Below are positions 12,594 to 26,908 of a DNA stretch of 64,000 nucleotides, piece after piece. The notes beneath the pieces were generated by a model. The model made no database searches. It worked only from the letters and a program-made list of their open reading frames with translations, and was not told where the DNA came from. Source of the stretch: Cirrosporium novae-zelandiae (Eukaryota); contig JAPETS010000017.1 in NCBI GenBank assembly GCA_026023565.1, positions 248,001-312,000 of the forward strand, read 5' to 3'. Position 1 is the stretch's first letter. Each line of letters opens with the position of its first letter. The translations under genes and the position numbers were made by a program.

Positions 12594-14423
12594 CCGGTGA
12601 AACAAAACCAGACTAAATACCGAAAATAAAATAATGAAGACCAAAAAAATGAACAGACTCGGTAGCCATAATTTGGGTCCCCCTAACCTGTTAGAATACC
12701 ATCAAGGCCAGAAGGCCATTACGCTTTGCATTCTCAAATATCATGGTATTTCGGTAATGAAATGCAGCACACCATCTACTCTATTTCAATGGATTTTGAT
12801 AACGGCGGTTAGTATCGACTTTATAATGGATGCTACGCTTATAATGTCCTAGAAGGAAAAAATAACTATTTTAACACGCGCAAACTGAGCACTTGAATCT
12901 CTTAATGGAAATTCTTGAAATAATATTGTTGCTATGAATACTCTTTGATATATTTGACCACACCTGCCCTCAATCAATCAGCTTCCACAGCATCATTTAT
13001 CTCCCTCCTGCAAGTATGATTTCAACCATTGTTTTGCTTCCAGAGCCGCCAGCTACCCTAACGCTTCTAGAAACCAAAGGATTGTCAATAAATATATATT
13101 TTTTTAACTTTAGACAATTTGCCCCACCTACTAAAGTACAGATACACTATGCAAACCCCAAGTTCCAGGATTTTCTAATATGATACCCGACTATTTCGCG
13201 AGGACCACTAAACCACCATCGTCTCTTTTTGAGCAGAGAACCACAGGGGAGATAATCTTCCAACCCTCTGCAAATTTGGTATTAGTGTCAAATAGCCCTT
13301 TTATTGCTTCACGCTTGGAGATGAAAGGAAGCACATGGCCATAGGGATTGCGGAATTCAGCGCTAAGTTCACTTGGTTTCTAATATTCTAGTTATAGAGT
13401 ATCTATGAAACATTTCCGAGATGCGGTATATGGCCATTTCAAGAGAAGGACAATGATTAGTAGGGAGCAGCATAACGGTACCAGTTTCCCGTTTTCGGTG
13501 TTCGTTCCAAACCCGTCAATAAACCCCAAAGTAGGAACATCTCCAGACTACCATCATCCATCTCGACATTCTCGCTAGAAACTGAATGCTTTAGCTCTCT
13601 ACCACAGTATACCACTATTACTCCTCCCTCAACCTTCATGATCAATCAATCAACCCTTACTCAGGCATGCAATGCAATGCAATGAACCTTTACAGGCCAC
13701 ATCCATCCAATAAATTCCTTACAATTGAGAGACATACCACAAAAGAATTTATTCGCATGTCATCCATCCATCATCCATCCCCCATTCAATTCCAGAGGTC
13801 TTCTTCTTGATTTGTTATTTTCACTTACTGTACCCCGACCTTATCACCCAGCCAGTGACAAACCGGTCTCCGTGGGGGAGGCATCACAATAGGTAGGTAG
13901 GTACCTAGGTAGATAGGTAGCTTTTAAAAACAGCAGCCCACGGTAAGAGGAATAGAAGTAGTCAATAAATATGAAACTTCACACACACACCGCAGACCCC
14001 GAAAACCCTCATTATTATTCCCCCGGATGATGTCGCCTCTCTCTCTCTCTCCCAACGACTTCTTCAGGGCGGCTTGTTACAGGTCCTGGAATAAGAAAGA
14101 CACCATACCATACCGGTCATCAGATATAAGCACGAAAAGCAATACGAAGCATGTCTCATAGAGGCTTGAATCACCACAACCCCGAACGATTCTGAAACGG
14201 TACAACCAACCCATTTTATACATTGTACATGTACATCTCTCGTTTCCCGCAAGACTACATTACACTAACATCCAGATTTTTCTCTCTCGTGTGTTTTTGC
14301 ATTGCCAACAAATCAGGGGTATCTAAAAAGCTTTAGTTCTACTTGGAGTATAAGTAGCAAAAAAAAATCTTATCGGACATTGAGGGATGCAAACAAACAC
14401 CTTCCTCCTCCGAATGAGAGTAC

Positions 14424-14442
14424 ATATATATATATATATATA
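14424..14442. repeat. (AT)n microsatellite
   Basis: Visible AT run in the simple-repeat-rich spacer between the convergent KTI12 and C2H2 genes. Confidence 0.8.
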
Positions 14443-16253
14443 CTTTCTTGATGGGCCACCGTGATGATAGTACAGTACAGTACGGCGGTGAGGCCTGTAA
14501 TATGGCTTTGGTTTTTAGTATCTATCCCATCTATCTAACCAGACCAGCAGCTGCTGCTTCAAATCAGGACACACACCTTATTCACATACGAATTATCTAA
14601 TTGCATTGTTGTAAGACAAGTGGTTCATCCCAACTAATAAGGTCGACTATATTCATCATGGGGTGAGGTAAGGTGGAGGGGGGGGTAGACTATGTGCATA
14701 CTGTATTTCCCAATATTTGCAATAAATAACCCACGAGGCCAAACACAAGCAAGCATACAGTCAGTTCCTTGCTGGAAGGAAGGAAAGGTTAGGGATAATC
14801 AATTCATTCGCGAGATTGGAAATTGAAGATTGGAGGATTTACATTGGAGGATATTAGGGGGCGTTCGTCCCCGCATTAATTGTTGCATACATACATAGCA
14901 TAGTATAGCCTGTAGTTCTGTATAACCCCACCCCTTACCCCCGCTCCCCCTCGGGCTCCCCCCCGCCCACATCATTCATGCCGATCACTCTTTTAAAATT
15001 TTTAACATTTCCGGGAAAACCTGACAGATCATCGCAAAGACAAGGAGTGGGGGGGGGGGCGGGTACCTGAAACAAGATATGTATGTCGTTATGTGTATCA
15101 TCATGTATATCATCTGGCATACATACATACGTACATGAGACTATCTATATGGCAAGTAAGCACGTAATTAGACAAAGAAGATGATAATTTGCTTTGCCGA
15201 ACAAGGGTTTTGAGTATAGTAATAATTTGCGATGGTGGTTTCGATCTTTATATATATATATATATTCAGATCCAATTACTGTTTGTTAGTCAAACACAGG
15301 GGAGCTTGAGAGCTGTAGTATACATGAAACACGGATCCCTATTTTGTTGTTTTGTATACCCATTCAAAAGGGATTTTATTTTCGCAGTGATAGGTACTGA
15401 ATATGTAAACTTTTTGAATATAAACAACCCTCCCAAAACGTAAATAAAACAAGACGCGAATAAAAAAACAAAAAGCCAAACTCAAATGCATGAAACGTGC
15501 AAAATATAAATATGCACCAAAACCCTCCCTTTTTTACTCTTCGAGCCAACGTAAGTAATGTGGTATGTGTATGCCACAGCACTGTTTTTTTTTTTCATCT
15601 TTCACCTTCCCTCCAACAAAAACATGCCGATCAGAACATTCCACCCGCTAGAAATAGTACATGTATGTTTTTTTTGAGACACTTTCTTTCAATCCCCCCC
15701 CCCTAATCACAATAGAACAAGAATAAAAGCAAAACATAACCATGCGACGCGACGTAAAACTGGACCTTATTTCTCAAGGACTTCAAATCAATGCTTTTCT
15801 CGCATACACAATGATGCCCATCAAAACTGTCCACTCCGTATGTACCTCAGGTATAAGATACTTCTCAACATTGGATGCCCTTCTGGCCATCCATTTACAC
15901 TCCGAGACTAGAACCTCGAGAGTTTAAGCAAAGGATTTCCGATAAATTTTGTCCTGCGTATTTCCGAGATGGTCGCTCTCATCCATAGGATCAAATGCAT
16001 TCACGTTGACATCTGTAACCTCCAGGCGTTCTATTGTCACGCTGGGCAGGATTTCATTCATATGCAGACGGCACACGCCTGTTACGATGACAAAAAGTCG
16101 GCTGTAAATATCCTTGAAGCTGCAAAACAGTCATATCCAAATAGGTAATTCGCCTAAATTTAGACGTCCCAGTAGACAGTGCTGTAAGAGCAGGGGTGGA
16201 AATGATGATGCAAACACTGAACGGCGCTAAAACCGTTCAGAACAATCACTTCT

Positions 16254-18186
16254 TCAGCCAAAGTGGCTCTGGGCAATGGGGACCTGACCAGCTTCGGCAC
16301 GGCGGTAATGAACGCCAATGGAGTTCAGAATGTTCATATCTGCAATGAGCTGCTCATGAGTTGTCCAATCACTTGGAGCTTCGAGGGACCGAAGGTTTTC
16401 CGCAAGCAGGTTCTTGTATTTGATCCATTCCCGGTGCATGTTCTGGGATTGACCGGGTCTTAGTTCAGGAGACGGTGGCTTTGCGGAAACGATGTTGGAG
16501 CGAACTGAAGCTACGGACTTGGTTCGCTTCACTGCAACAGACTTAGCGACTCGGCCAGCCTTGGTCTTCTTCGTGGTAGCAACGGCCTTTTGAGGTCGAG
16601 TACCACCATGGGAAGAAGTAGGGGAGCTGCTGCCCTTAGAAGAGGGAGCGGGATCCTTATATCCATGAACTCTACGCATATGGTCGTAAAGGTTCCATCT
16701 CCGAGGAAATCCATTTTCTGCAAGTGCCCTGTCACAGTCTGGGTATTGGCAAAGATGAGGCTTTTCGCCATGTCCATGCATGCCATGGGCTTCACGTTCA
16801 TGGCGCAACAAACAGGCTGTGGAAGAAAACTGGAGCTCCGTGCAACTGGCGTTCTTGCAACGATAGGGTCGTAGATGGGAGTCAACATATTTACTACCTG
16901 ACTGTTAGCTCCCAGTATGGTAACCCAAATAGGATTTATTCCACTTACTCATAGGTGCACTTCAGCTTAGTTGGTTGGTGTGTGCACTCGTCTCGACTTT
17001 TGAACGGGCAGCGATAAAGGCCATCAGATAATGGCGAGGCCTTGTACAGTGGATCTGCACGGGCTAGACCAGAGTTCCCCTCACTTGAAGAACGACGGAG
17101 TGAAGATTGGACATTTTCCGTGTTCTCTAGAGGTGCAGCCAAAACTGGTTCATTCATGGAAAGTTGTGTGCTGCTAATGGTTAGTCCATCGCGCAACCAA
17201 ATGTGGTAGGTGGAGAAATCCTACCTAGGCAATCCATGGGTGGTTTGTTCCAGAGCCGAATACATTGAGTTCATTGAAATCGCATCGGCCATGCTTAGTT
17301 CCTTGGATTCATAACCATTGAGGTCGAAGTTTGCACCATCAAAGGTAGGGCAGGACTGAAATGTGGGGGAAAGTTCCTCAGGAGACAGCGGGCTGATGCT
17401 TTCAGGAAAAGTAGAAGCAGAATTCAAAGAAGTGTCGGTCATGGCTGAAGAAAATGGAAGCGAAGGCGGCGATAGTGGTGGAGAAGGAAGCGACCCGACT
17501 TCACCACTATACCCACCAACGCTATTGCATGCAGATACATTCCACCAGTCATTGGTCTTTTCCGAGGCCGAGCTTGTCGTCATTGATGATTCGCCTTGAG
17601 CATTGGAACATGCGAAAGGGAAAACAGATCGGCCGTTGTCAAACGAGTAGTCACTGCTTAAAGGCATAGGGTCAAAGAATTGATCTGACATCAGTGGGCT
17701 GGTAGTATAATCTTCAAGGCTAGCTGTCGATGCTGGATAATCCTGGTTGAATGGTAGATGCTCCGTCATGGTTGGCGAGCTAACAGGCGAAGAAGTGCAA
17801 GGCATTCCCATGGCAGTAAGAGCAGATGACGTTTGAAGTAGACACTGAGATGAAACAGAAGAGAAAGAAGCTTCTGGAAATAATGAAAGACTCCGGTTGT
17901 CAAAAGAATCTGGTTCCATTCCGTATTGGTCTCCTTGGTTCATCATATTTGAGTCGGTCAACTGACCTGTTGTTGATTGCCCGAAAGAGGCTGAGCGGCA
18001 TGTTCTGTTTGCCACGCCCATTTTCATTGTAGAGCCAGGTAGTCTAGAAAGGTTATCACCAGGGTAAATAGCTGATGAAGAAAATCCTCTGGAAGTATCC
18101 ATCTGTTTTGATTGGCAGTACTGTTGGCCTGATGTGTGCATATTCCTTTGGGAAGATCCAAACGGATTACTTTTCCGTGATTGCAT
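16254..18186 (-). CDS. C2H2 zinc-finger transcription factor (COS1/Ezf-like), about 608 aa
   Basis: Exons 18186-17225, 17173(or 17170)-16949 and 16893-16254. Fingers YRCPFKSRDECTHQPTKLKCTYDKYVDSH, YRCKNASC..FSSTACLLRHEREAH, HLCQYPDC..GFPRRWNLYDHMRRVH. The start may lie further upstream; the COS1 assignment is from memory. Confidence 0.85.
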
Positions 18187-21100
18187 TTGTACTGTAGGTC
18201 CACTTGATGTAACTGTCGATTTTGTAAAGCGAGAACTAAACGCAAGAGTTGGATCAGTTAAACGTCCCGAAATGCATCATTAAACAACATTAACATCAAA
18301 TATATATATAATAAGGAAACATTAGTAAGTCCCGTCCAACCGAAATATCGTAAACCTAGAATACAAGTTAGCAGTCTGTCAGTCATTATAAGGTCGGTCA
18401 GAGTACTAACCAGGTACCAGAAGAAGACCTGAAGACCAAACGGGAAGGTTGAGTTGCGTGGTTGTTGGTCCAGACAGGTCACATAAGCAAAGATAACTGA
18501 TGGCTGTTTTATAACGTCCTTCCACGGTTATGGCGTAACTTCCGGACATGAACACATTCTCTCCTTATGGAACACTACAAAAAGGAAATCGATCAGTCCT
18601 TGTACGCATTGTGGGTTGGCCCATCAACCCTTAAGACGTTAGAGGTTGGAGTAGAGCAACATACATCGACCTTGATTATATATTTCCTTCACACCTAGTA
18701 GCCCACATAAACGAACTAGGAGGTGTTAGATATTTAACCAGCAAAACTGAATTCCCAGATTCCAACGGACAGAAAAGGATAACAAGGTAAAGTAGGCGGA
18801 TCTATTTTCGTAGTCGACAACTGTTAACTCGTCCTCAACCTCAGGAAGAGTTATATATATCCATAGTGGTGATGGACAAAATTCATTATTGTTATAGTGC
18901 GGCTGCAACCCTTACTCTCCATCGGTTCCGGATGTGTTGACAAAAAAGCATAGGCAAACAAAATCAGACACCTCGAAGTCGACCATCTCAAAGCTTTAGA
19001 ACACAGATCATCCACAGGGCACAAGTATCATTTCAAACGAGAGTTCCTATGGAAAGAAAACCTTGGGTTGGCGACGATCCATGACTATGAGAACCTTAAG
19101 GATAAAAGAGAACAAGTCCAGGGTTAACATGGGTATAGTTCATTCATCATCCAGTGACAGGTCTGCCACGAAATCAGTGCAAACGCCAAAGGCGATCACA
19201 CGTCATCATAACATTATCATTGAGCATTGTCGGTATGACAGCAGCATGAAGCTGTTGTGGTATACTCTAGCACCAGAGCGCCCGAGTAGACACACGATGC
19301 CCTAGGGATCCAGGTTTCCGGTCGATAATTCAAGGCACCATAATGGATTGAATCCTGGAGATAACCTGGGCTGCTTAAAAGAAAATACATTGTATGTTTG
19401 GAGTACAGGTCCACAGAACATAAGAGAAAAGTACAAAGCAAAACCGGGCGGTTGCAAGAAGGGCGACAATACCTCATTGTGAAATCCTTGGATGAGCAGG
19501 GCTCAAGTCGATGTGCTGTGTGTCTTTCTTTCTTTTGTTTCTCTAAGTCCGTATGGATAACAATAAAAGCAAAACCAGATAGATTTGGTAATCCTTTCCC
19601 AGATAACGGACAATTGTTGAGTCGACAAGCAATATTTTATGACAAGAGCAGATAGAGCTAACAACAAGGATGCGAGTAATATGGGTGTTTGTGTCTTTTT
19701 TTGATAGTGTGAGTGTGTGTGTATGACAAGTGAGTATTGGGTGTGTTAGATTGGGTAATGGGTAAATTTTGCAGTAGAGGGGTTTCTTGGAGGGGTTTTT
19801 TTGGAGGGGTTTTTTGGAGGGGTTTGAAAAGGTGATATAAGTATGATGGTGAATTGAAAGTCTGAGGGGAAAGAGAAAAAAAAATGAGTCGAGTGAGAAA
19901 GGGAGAAGAAGGTGGACTTATGGGATTTGATGGGGAGAGAGTCAGTAAGAAAGCGGGCGGCTGGTGCGACTTTAGTGGGATCATGCGACCTGTTTACACG
20001 GCAGGTACGTGGACCAAGTGAAAGCCATTCAAGTAAATCCGAGTTGAAGCCAAGTTTGTCGGCTGCAGAAAGCTACGGAAATTCGAAAAAAGTCAGGACT
20101 TCCCTGCCAATGAAAGGGAGATTTCATGTCAACTCCCATGAGGCCATGACTGCCAAGTTTGCAATCAAAAAAAAGCCGACACTAAAACTCCGCCAGCCTT
20201 TCCTCATGTTGATTGTCTGACAGGCTTACCCAGGCTTATCCTCGTCGACCAATTCAACCATGTTCCATTTTGCTTCAGCTTGCAGGGAACCATGGTTTTA
20301 TTGAGTGATCAACAGGGGGCTTGTAACCGCTATTATTCGACCAAAGTCCTTGGATTCAAAACCCCACTAAGGGACCAGCCGGAAGAAAATGACTGAACAG
20401 TTGCCGACCATGACGCTGGACAAGGTGACAGCGGCTGCAGTTGATGCAGTTAATTGCCAATTTCGCAGGCAACCATTGATGGAGCGGTGAGATGATGCAA
20501 CTTTCATCACTGATAACAATACAAGGCCAGAAAAGAGAGGAGGGGGAGGGGGAAGAGGGAGAGAGGGAGAGGGAAGAAGTGATAACTAGTGATAACAACA
20601 GTTTTTGGTCCTTGGCATATAACTAATTACCTACCTAGGCACAAGTAGATAATTAATCTATCACTCAGTCCATTAATTAAAAAACAACACAACATATATT
20701 TCATATCCGTGTATCTGCATCTTCCTATTTTCATCCAGCCTTGCATAAAATAAAATAAAACCAAAAAAAAAATCAACTGTTGAAGACAGGTCACATTTTG
20801 GTCGTATCAATAATAAGTGATGGATAAGTGAAGTGGGGGATGGGGGATGGTGGATGGACGTGTGGATATGGATTATTGTTGGAAGGAAAAAGTGGGCTTC
20901 GAGGGGCTTCGAGGGGCTTGTGATGGTCATTGTGACGGCAAGTTGGTTGAGTAACTCCACGAGGAAATGGAGAAAATACAGAAAATAGACCCCACCCGTT
21001 GTCATTTGCTGGCATTTTTACTTTCCTCCAAAGTCCAGTAGAAAATCCCTTTTTAGTCCTCTGTCAACCATGTTGATGCCTCAGGCATGCAATATCATTC

Positions 21101-24100
21101 CTGTGCCTTTTGTTGGCCGACTTATCACAGCCATTGTGAATATTTACGTGTTTAGATCACCCTCATCTCCTGATTTTACATATGCCCCGCATGCTACCTT
21201 ACCTTTATCAAAAAGTACATGAGAGAAACTACAGTCCTAAACACAACATCAGGGCGGGACATGGCATAGCTTTCTGCCCCTCCTCTACAGTAAAAGGATG
21301 TGAAAGTGATCCGAGTTCCTTTTTTCTGCCCCGCTTACATATTGCGGGAGTCCTCTTTCTTTTGCAGCTCGATTGCTTGATTGTGCTTCGCCTCAGCAGG
21401 CTGAAGTGTGATAATTCCTCTAGTTGCATATTATTTGCCCGGTTAGATAGAATGACCCTCAGCTTGTTACTCCTCCTGTTCTTAGGAATGATTGGTTGGG
21501 GATTTTTATCAAGCCCACTACCATACGAATACAGTATTTCCAGAAGCCAACGTGGAAGGTAACCACGAGATTGGGCAGCAATACATGCCGGGAACAGATG
21601 AACAGAGATGCCGCATAGTTTGCAAACGTAAACCTTTTCCAAAATATTCAAGTCAGTATCATTTCTCATCAAGGCTTACAGATCACAAAAGGTAAGATGC
21701 AATGGAATATCAGATAGGAAAAAGATGGTATGTGTTTCGTTCATCTAGATCAGTTGAACTATGCATATGGTGGATCATCATAATTGCAACCTGGGAGAAT
21801 TGAAGACGGTTTTTGAGAAGAGGCTACTTACTCTAGGTACGAGCTTAAGAAACGATTGACTTGGACGATACGAGTTCTGTGCCGTCACATTATGATATTG
21901 TAACCTTCGAATTGGTGATAGTCATATTGGATTTAACATTGGCTTGACTGAAATTTTAATATGAAGTGCTGGATGAAAAAGTAGTGTGGAAAATAATTAA
22001 CTGAGTTGAAAATCTCAAGCTTTCAGGAGCAGAAGAAAACCAAGACAGCAAAATGTCTAACTTGCTAAAACTAGAAATCTTACTCTACTGTAGCCCTAAC
22101 CCTACTTTGGACAGAAGTTGATAAATCCTGACCGATTAGTATTTAGCCCTCTAGGAAGACAAGTCTATCAGAGGGCTAAATAACAATAACCTAGATCCGG
22201 ATCAAGCCTATGCAGTGACTATTCTGAGAATTGCGTTCACAGTTGGCGACACCTTTACTGCGGCCATCGTTGGCTGTATCGAATAGTGCCGGCTTATATT
22301 CCTTTCGACTTCGTTCCCTCTAAATTTAGTGTAATTACCTATCCTTTTACTCCAGAGTCCAATTCGTGTACAGGTGATGAATGATTGCTATGACCATAAA
22401 CATAAGGTAAATTGACTCACAAGCAGAAACAGCATTGCTGGCATTGCTTGGTCTTCGGATCTTTCTCGCGCTGCACACTATGCTTTAGTAAGATGCGCTG
22501 TTACTACTTCCCTACACCATCTTATATCTAGATAGAATATTTTCACCATTGTTATTTCACCACGGTAGTGGGCAGGACCCATGCCGATGTTAGACTACGA
22601 ATATCAAAAGAGAAACGTCCAATAGTATATTAGAATTATAATATAGGTGGAGAACATTCAAACAAATTCATACAAAAATCACCACTCATCCTAACCGACA
22701 TTCTTGGTCACATTCTGGGCCGTTTGCAGCCGAGCATTGATACTGGCATGAGTGTCGTTGATTAAACAGACCAATCTACCCATTGCATCCTGCCTTACAT
22801 ATATAATATCAACCCTTTAGAGCCGAGCTCACCTGGGATAGACCAACTGGTATCTAACCCAGCTTAGAGAACACTGTATCAAAATAGGGGTTATAATAAA
22901 ATCAAGACCACTGGACCCGGTTCAAAAATTCTCAACGGGGGAAGAGATAACAGAAGGCATAGCTTTTGCCTTGCGTCTCTAGATATTTTATGGTAGCCGT
23001 TTCGGCGCGCAGCCGAATTTTCCCAAATAGATCATCTCCACCAACAGCACACCAGACAACCCCACAGATACGTAGTCAAGGTGCCAGAACTTACGTAGCC
23101 AGATGAGAATATGGGCAAGCATTTTTAATCCTTAGATGGTACCAAATATGCCAAAATAATTAGTAGTACTGAGTGTGAGCCATAGAGTGAGATATACACA
23201 AGGTTGGTTATATCTTGAACAATACCTGAAACATTTAGAACAGCTCAAAAGCTGATTTTCTCAATAAACAGAATCTTTCTGTCCTCAAAAATGTAACAAG
23301 TGAAGGGGTGATGGTTCCGAATGAACCCTCTACTGTTGTTTATTCTGGACTGAGACGGGTATCAATGTCTCGAGGTAAATAGAATCATGTCTATTTCTAG
23401 GAATAACTAGGCTTGTTTCCTATTTCATGGGATCGAACTAGCAGATGCTATCTCCGATGGGAGGAGTAAATACCTTTCTCCAGTTCTGGGGTGTAATCAC
23501 GGAAGAACTTAAGCAGGATCTCTATATTCTAGGGGTGGGAAGTTGGAAGAAGGTACATCGAGATATTCCATACCTCAGACGACATCCGTTAGATTAATAC
23601 GAAGGGGATCGATGGCCTTAGTATTCATGGTGTAACAGCCAGTTGCAGTATATTTGGGTAGTCTTTCAGGATGGATATTAAGTACAGGTGTCATCGTTTC
23701 CATTTTCAACTGATGGACTCGTCCCAAAAGAGTAGGTAGAGGTCGGTCCTTTGTGGGTTCGGGTAAGGGTATCCTCTTTAGTGTGTGCTTCTTCATTAAC
23801 TAGGTCACAGAGGGGCCGTCTTAGTATTTTTGTAATATCAACCACCAAATAGTTCTTTTTGGGAATATCCTTTTCCTTTCTCCTTCTTCTTCTTCTTATT
23901 TTTTTTGCGTTCATCACTCCAGTGCGAAGTTTGAATCCAACCAAAGACAGTCACGGTCTTCATTCTCTCCTCGGCGCTTTCTGAAGGAGAATGAATGTCT
24001 ATCTTCCTTGCGAGAATAGCTCATTATCGAAGTAGACTAAATGGATCGTCACGTAAATAAGGTGCGATAGTTCGGTGAAAAGAAAACATATCTTTGGAGT

Positions 24101-24714
24101 TGCTGCTATGATGCTGACCCTTCACCATAGTAGGAACATTGTCTAACGTCTTGAAACATCGATTAAAATAGGTCGAATGCATATAGAAACAAACTAATAA
24201 GTCCATTTCCTGTTGAAATAATTTTATAGTCGTCGGCCGAGAGATCAGAACTGTGGCATCATCCCTTCTAGCACCACGGTAAGCTAATTAGATACATAGT
24301 AGGACTACTTGAAATATAGCTACCTCAGCAAGCATATCGTAATGAGTGGTGACCGAGGCTCAAATTAATTAGTTTTTGTGGTATTTCAAGGATCAACAGG
24401 CTTTCCCATTGTACGGAAAAGGTTCGCATCGTCATATTCCTAGGTAATGTAACTTATATCCATAAAATTTGGATGAAGGAAGTTGAAGGCTTTGCATTGT
24501 TGTTATTCTAAGTTCATGATTGCGGGAAGTTTGGACATAGACGGAAGTGTCTGGTGTTTCCCTTCAAATGAGGATTGGCGGGTACTGTACTTCCTAGAAG
24601 ACAGCATAGTTCCCAAGACTTGGTATTCTATTCAGATAATTAATACGCCTGCGCAGGCAACTAGATTCAACAGTGTTTCATTCTAAAAATTATATCCTTA
24701 TACTGGCTCTAAAA

Positions 24715-25753
24715 ATGGTTCGCGCAGCTACAGTCAATACAGCAGCTCCAGATATTACATCAATAAATCTCACACGGCTTTTAAATCGCCTTGAGGGTCA
24801 ATTGTTCTCCCCCGAAATCGCAAATACCAAATCATTTCGTTCAAGCTACCAGCGCAATCGCATTCAAGCTGTGAGTTCCCCACCTGCCCTTTTTCCATTC
24901 AGCTATCGCTGACAACCAGCCATGCCGCTATTAGAATATCGAGTATGCACGCACTCTTCTCCTCCGTCTTGAACATGGAAGCTCTTCTATAAAGATCCAA
25001 TCACGGAAACAATCTGTCCAAGCAGATTTGCTACAAAAGCGAGAGCTAATCAAGCGGCTAAATACACGACTGGCAGAGGCGGCGCAGTTAGCTGACTACA
25101 AGAATGAAGATGATAATGATGATGGAACGGAGGAGGATGACGAATCTACATCACAGGACGGGGTGAACCTACTGGATATTATAACCCCTTCGTCTACAGA
25201 AGCATCAACGAATGAGCCTACCACATCAGAGGCAGAAGAAGAGATGTTGCAATCCCAACTACCCTCTGAGGGACCTAATCTACGGAATCGTCATGGCCCT
25301 ACTCCATCCCAACAACCTAACACTGCCAGCACAAGCTCTGCCCTTTTCACTAGCAAAAACAACCCTAGTCCTGGCAGCACAACAACCACTGAACTCCCTC
25401 GGCCCTTCCAATCGCAGCCTCAACCATCTGAAAAAGAAACCCTCCTCACACACAATGCCACCGAGCAGGAAACTCTCACGACTTCCCTCTTAGCTCTAAC
25501 AACCCAGCTCAAGAATTCATCCCTTGCATTCCAGAAATCCCTACAAGATGAAGATCCACTGCTCATAAATGCTGGGGAAGGCCTGGAGAGGAATAGGACA
25601 GGGATGCAGAGGACAAATGAGCGGATGGGTATGCTTAAGCGGATGACGGAGGGGAGAGGCCTTTGGGGACGGATGATGTTGTATACATATGTTTTTGGAC
25701 TGATGGTGCTAGCAACGATGATTGTCTTCGTTTTTCCGAAGCTGAGATTATGA
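24715..25753 (+). CDS. USE1: ER SNARE Use1/Slt1, about 324 aa
   Basis: Exons 24715-24870 and 24935-25753. N-terminal INLTRLLNRLE and NIEYARTLLLRLE; SNARE coil EQETLTTSLLALTTQLKNSSLAF; C-terminal TM segment ending FPKLRL. Confidence 0.85.
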
Positions 25754-26908
25754 AATGAGATATTTCAGTAGGATGAAGTTTACAGCTAGGAGGTGGGACT
25801 AGAATGCAGATCACCCCTGGACACACCCCTAGAGATATCTCTGATTGGTGGTTCGGACCCCGGCAGTGGTTGTTTCCAGGTGAATAGTATCAAGCGTTAA
25901 ATATTCTTGGGAGAATATCCGTCGGAGTTTAAGTTCATAGACACGTGGGAACGGTAGTTGAAGGATATGGAGTTCAGGCTCTGTCACATCTACAGGATAA
26001 GTCCATAGCCCGAGATGTTCAAGTACATAGAAATAACAAAGCTAGGGGGTGAAGGGACCTTTAACCGAAGAGAAAGAACCATAAGAAGCACGCTACATTC
26101 AATATTTTGATGCAAACTACTATATATTACAATTATGACGGCAGGCTTACATGACAGCGGATTCAAATGATACTCCCCATCAATCACGTTAGAAATTCCA
26201 TTCTCACATTAAAGGAAAAAAAAAAGTACCTAATAAAGAGAGCGCTGTTGCTAATGTCTTGAAGAGAAAAAAAAAGGCCGAATGCTAAACCTCGATGCTC
26301 TCCCTCCACTATCGATTTTGAGAGAGCTGTTGTAGACTTAATGGCACATAGACACAAGAACCTGTTTTTAGGGGCAGTAAACAACAACACAAGAATCTTC
26401 TATCAAGAGAGAAAAAGTGGTAGTATCGATCGTGTTAATCATCCCTCCCTCCCTTCCTTTCTTCTTCAATTCACCATTCACACAATCGGGGTATAGGAAA
26501 TAAGTAAGCAAGGCCCAATAGACATCTGATAGTTATGAATGCATACGCTCATTCAGAGACTCTTATCATCGCTAGCTTTGCCGCTATGATGCTTAGTTCC
26601 CAGAAAAGATTCTTTGAACAAAGCCATTAAAAGAAATGTAACCCTCCTTGCCATTTTCTTTACTGTCTTTCAGTGTGGACGATGATCGGATCCTTCATGA
26701 GATTTTTCATGAAGTCTTTCTTCAATGGCACATCAGGACAAGGGCTCGGCAGAACGAAGCTAATAAGCAAGTAGTAGAAAGTTTGAAGCCGCTCAATTGC
26801 GAACTCCATGACCCATTATCTGACACGTAAAACGCCCTGTGGAGAAATATGAAACTGATACTAGATACAAGAAACCGCCTGTCAGTAAGTGCCGTTAACG
26901 AAAATAGG

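Noticed and set aside
23575..24206. Several short minus-strand ORFs as a pseudogene or transposon relic
   Set aside because: No recognisable domain or consistent frame, and no terminal repeats.
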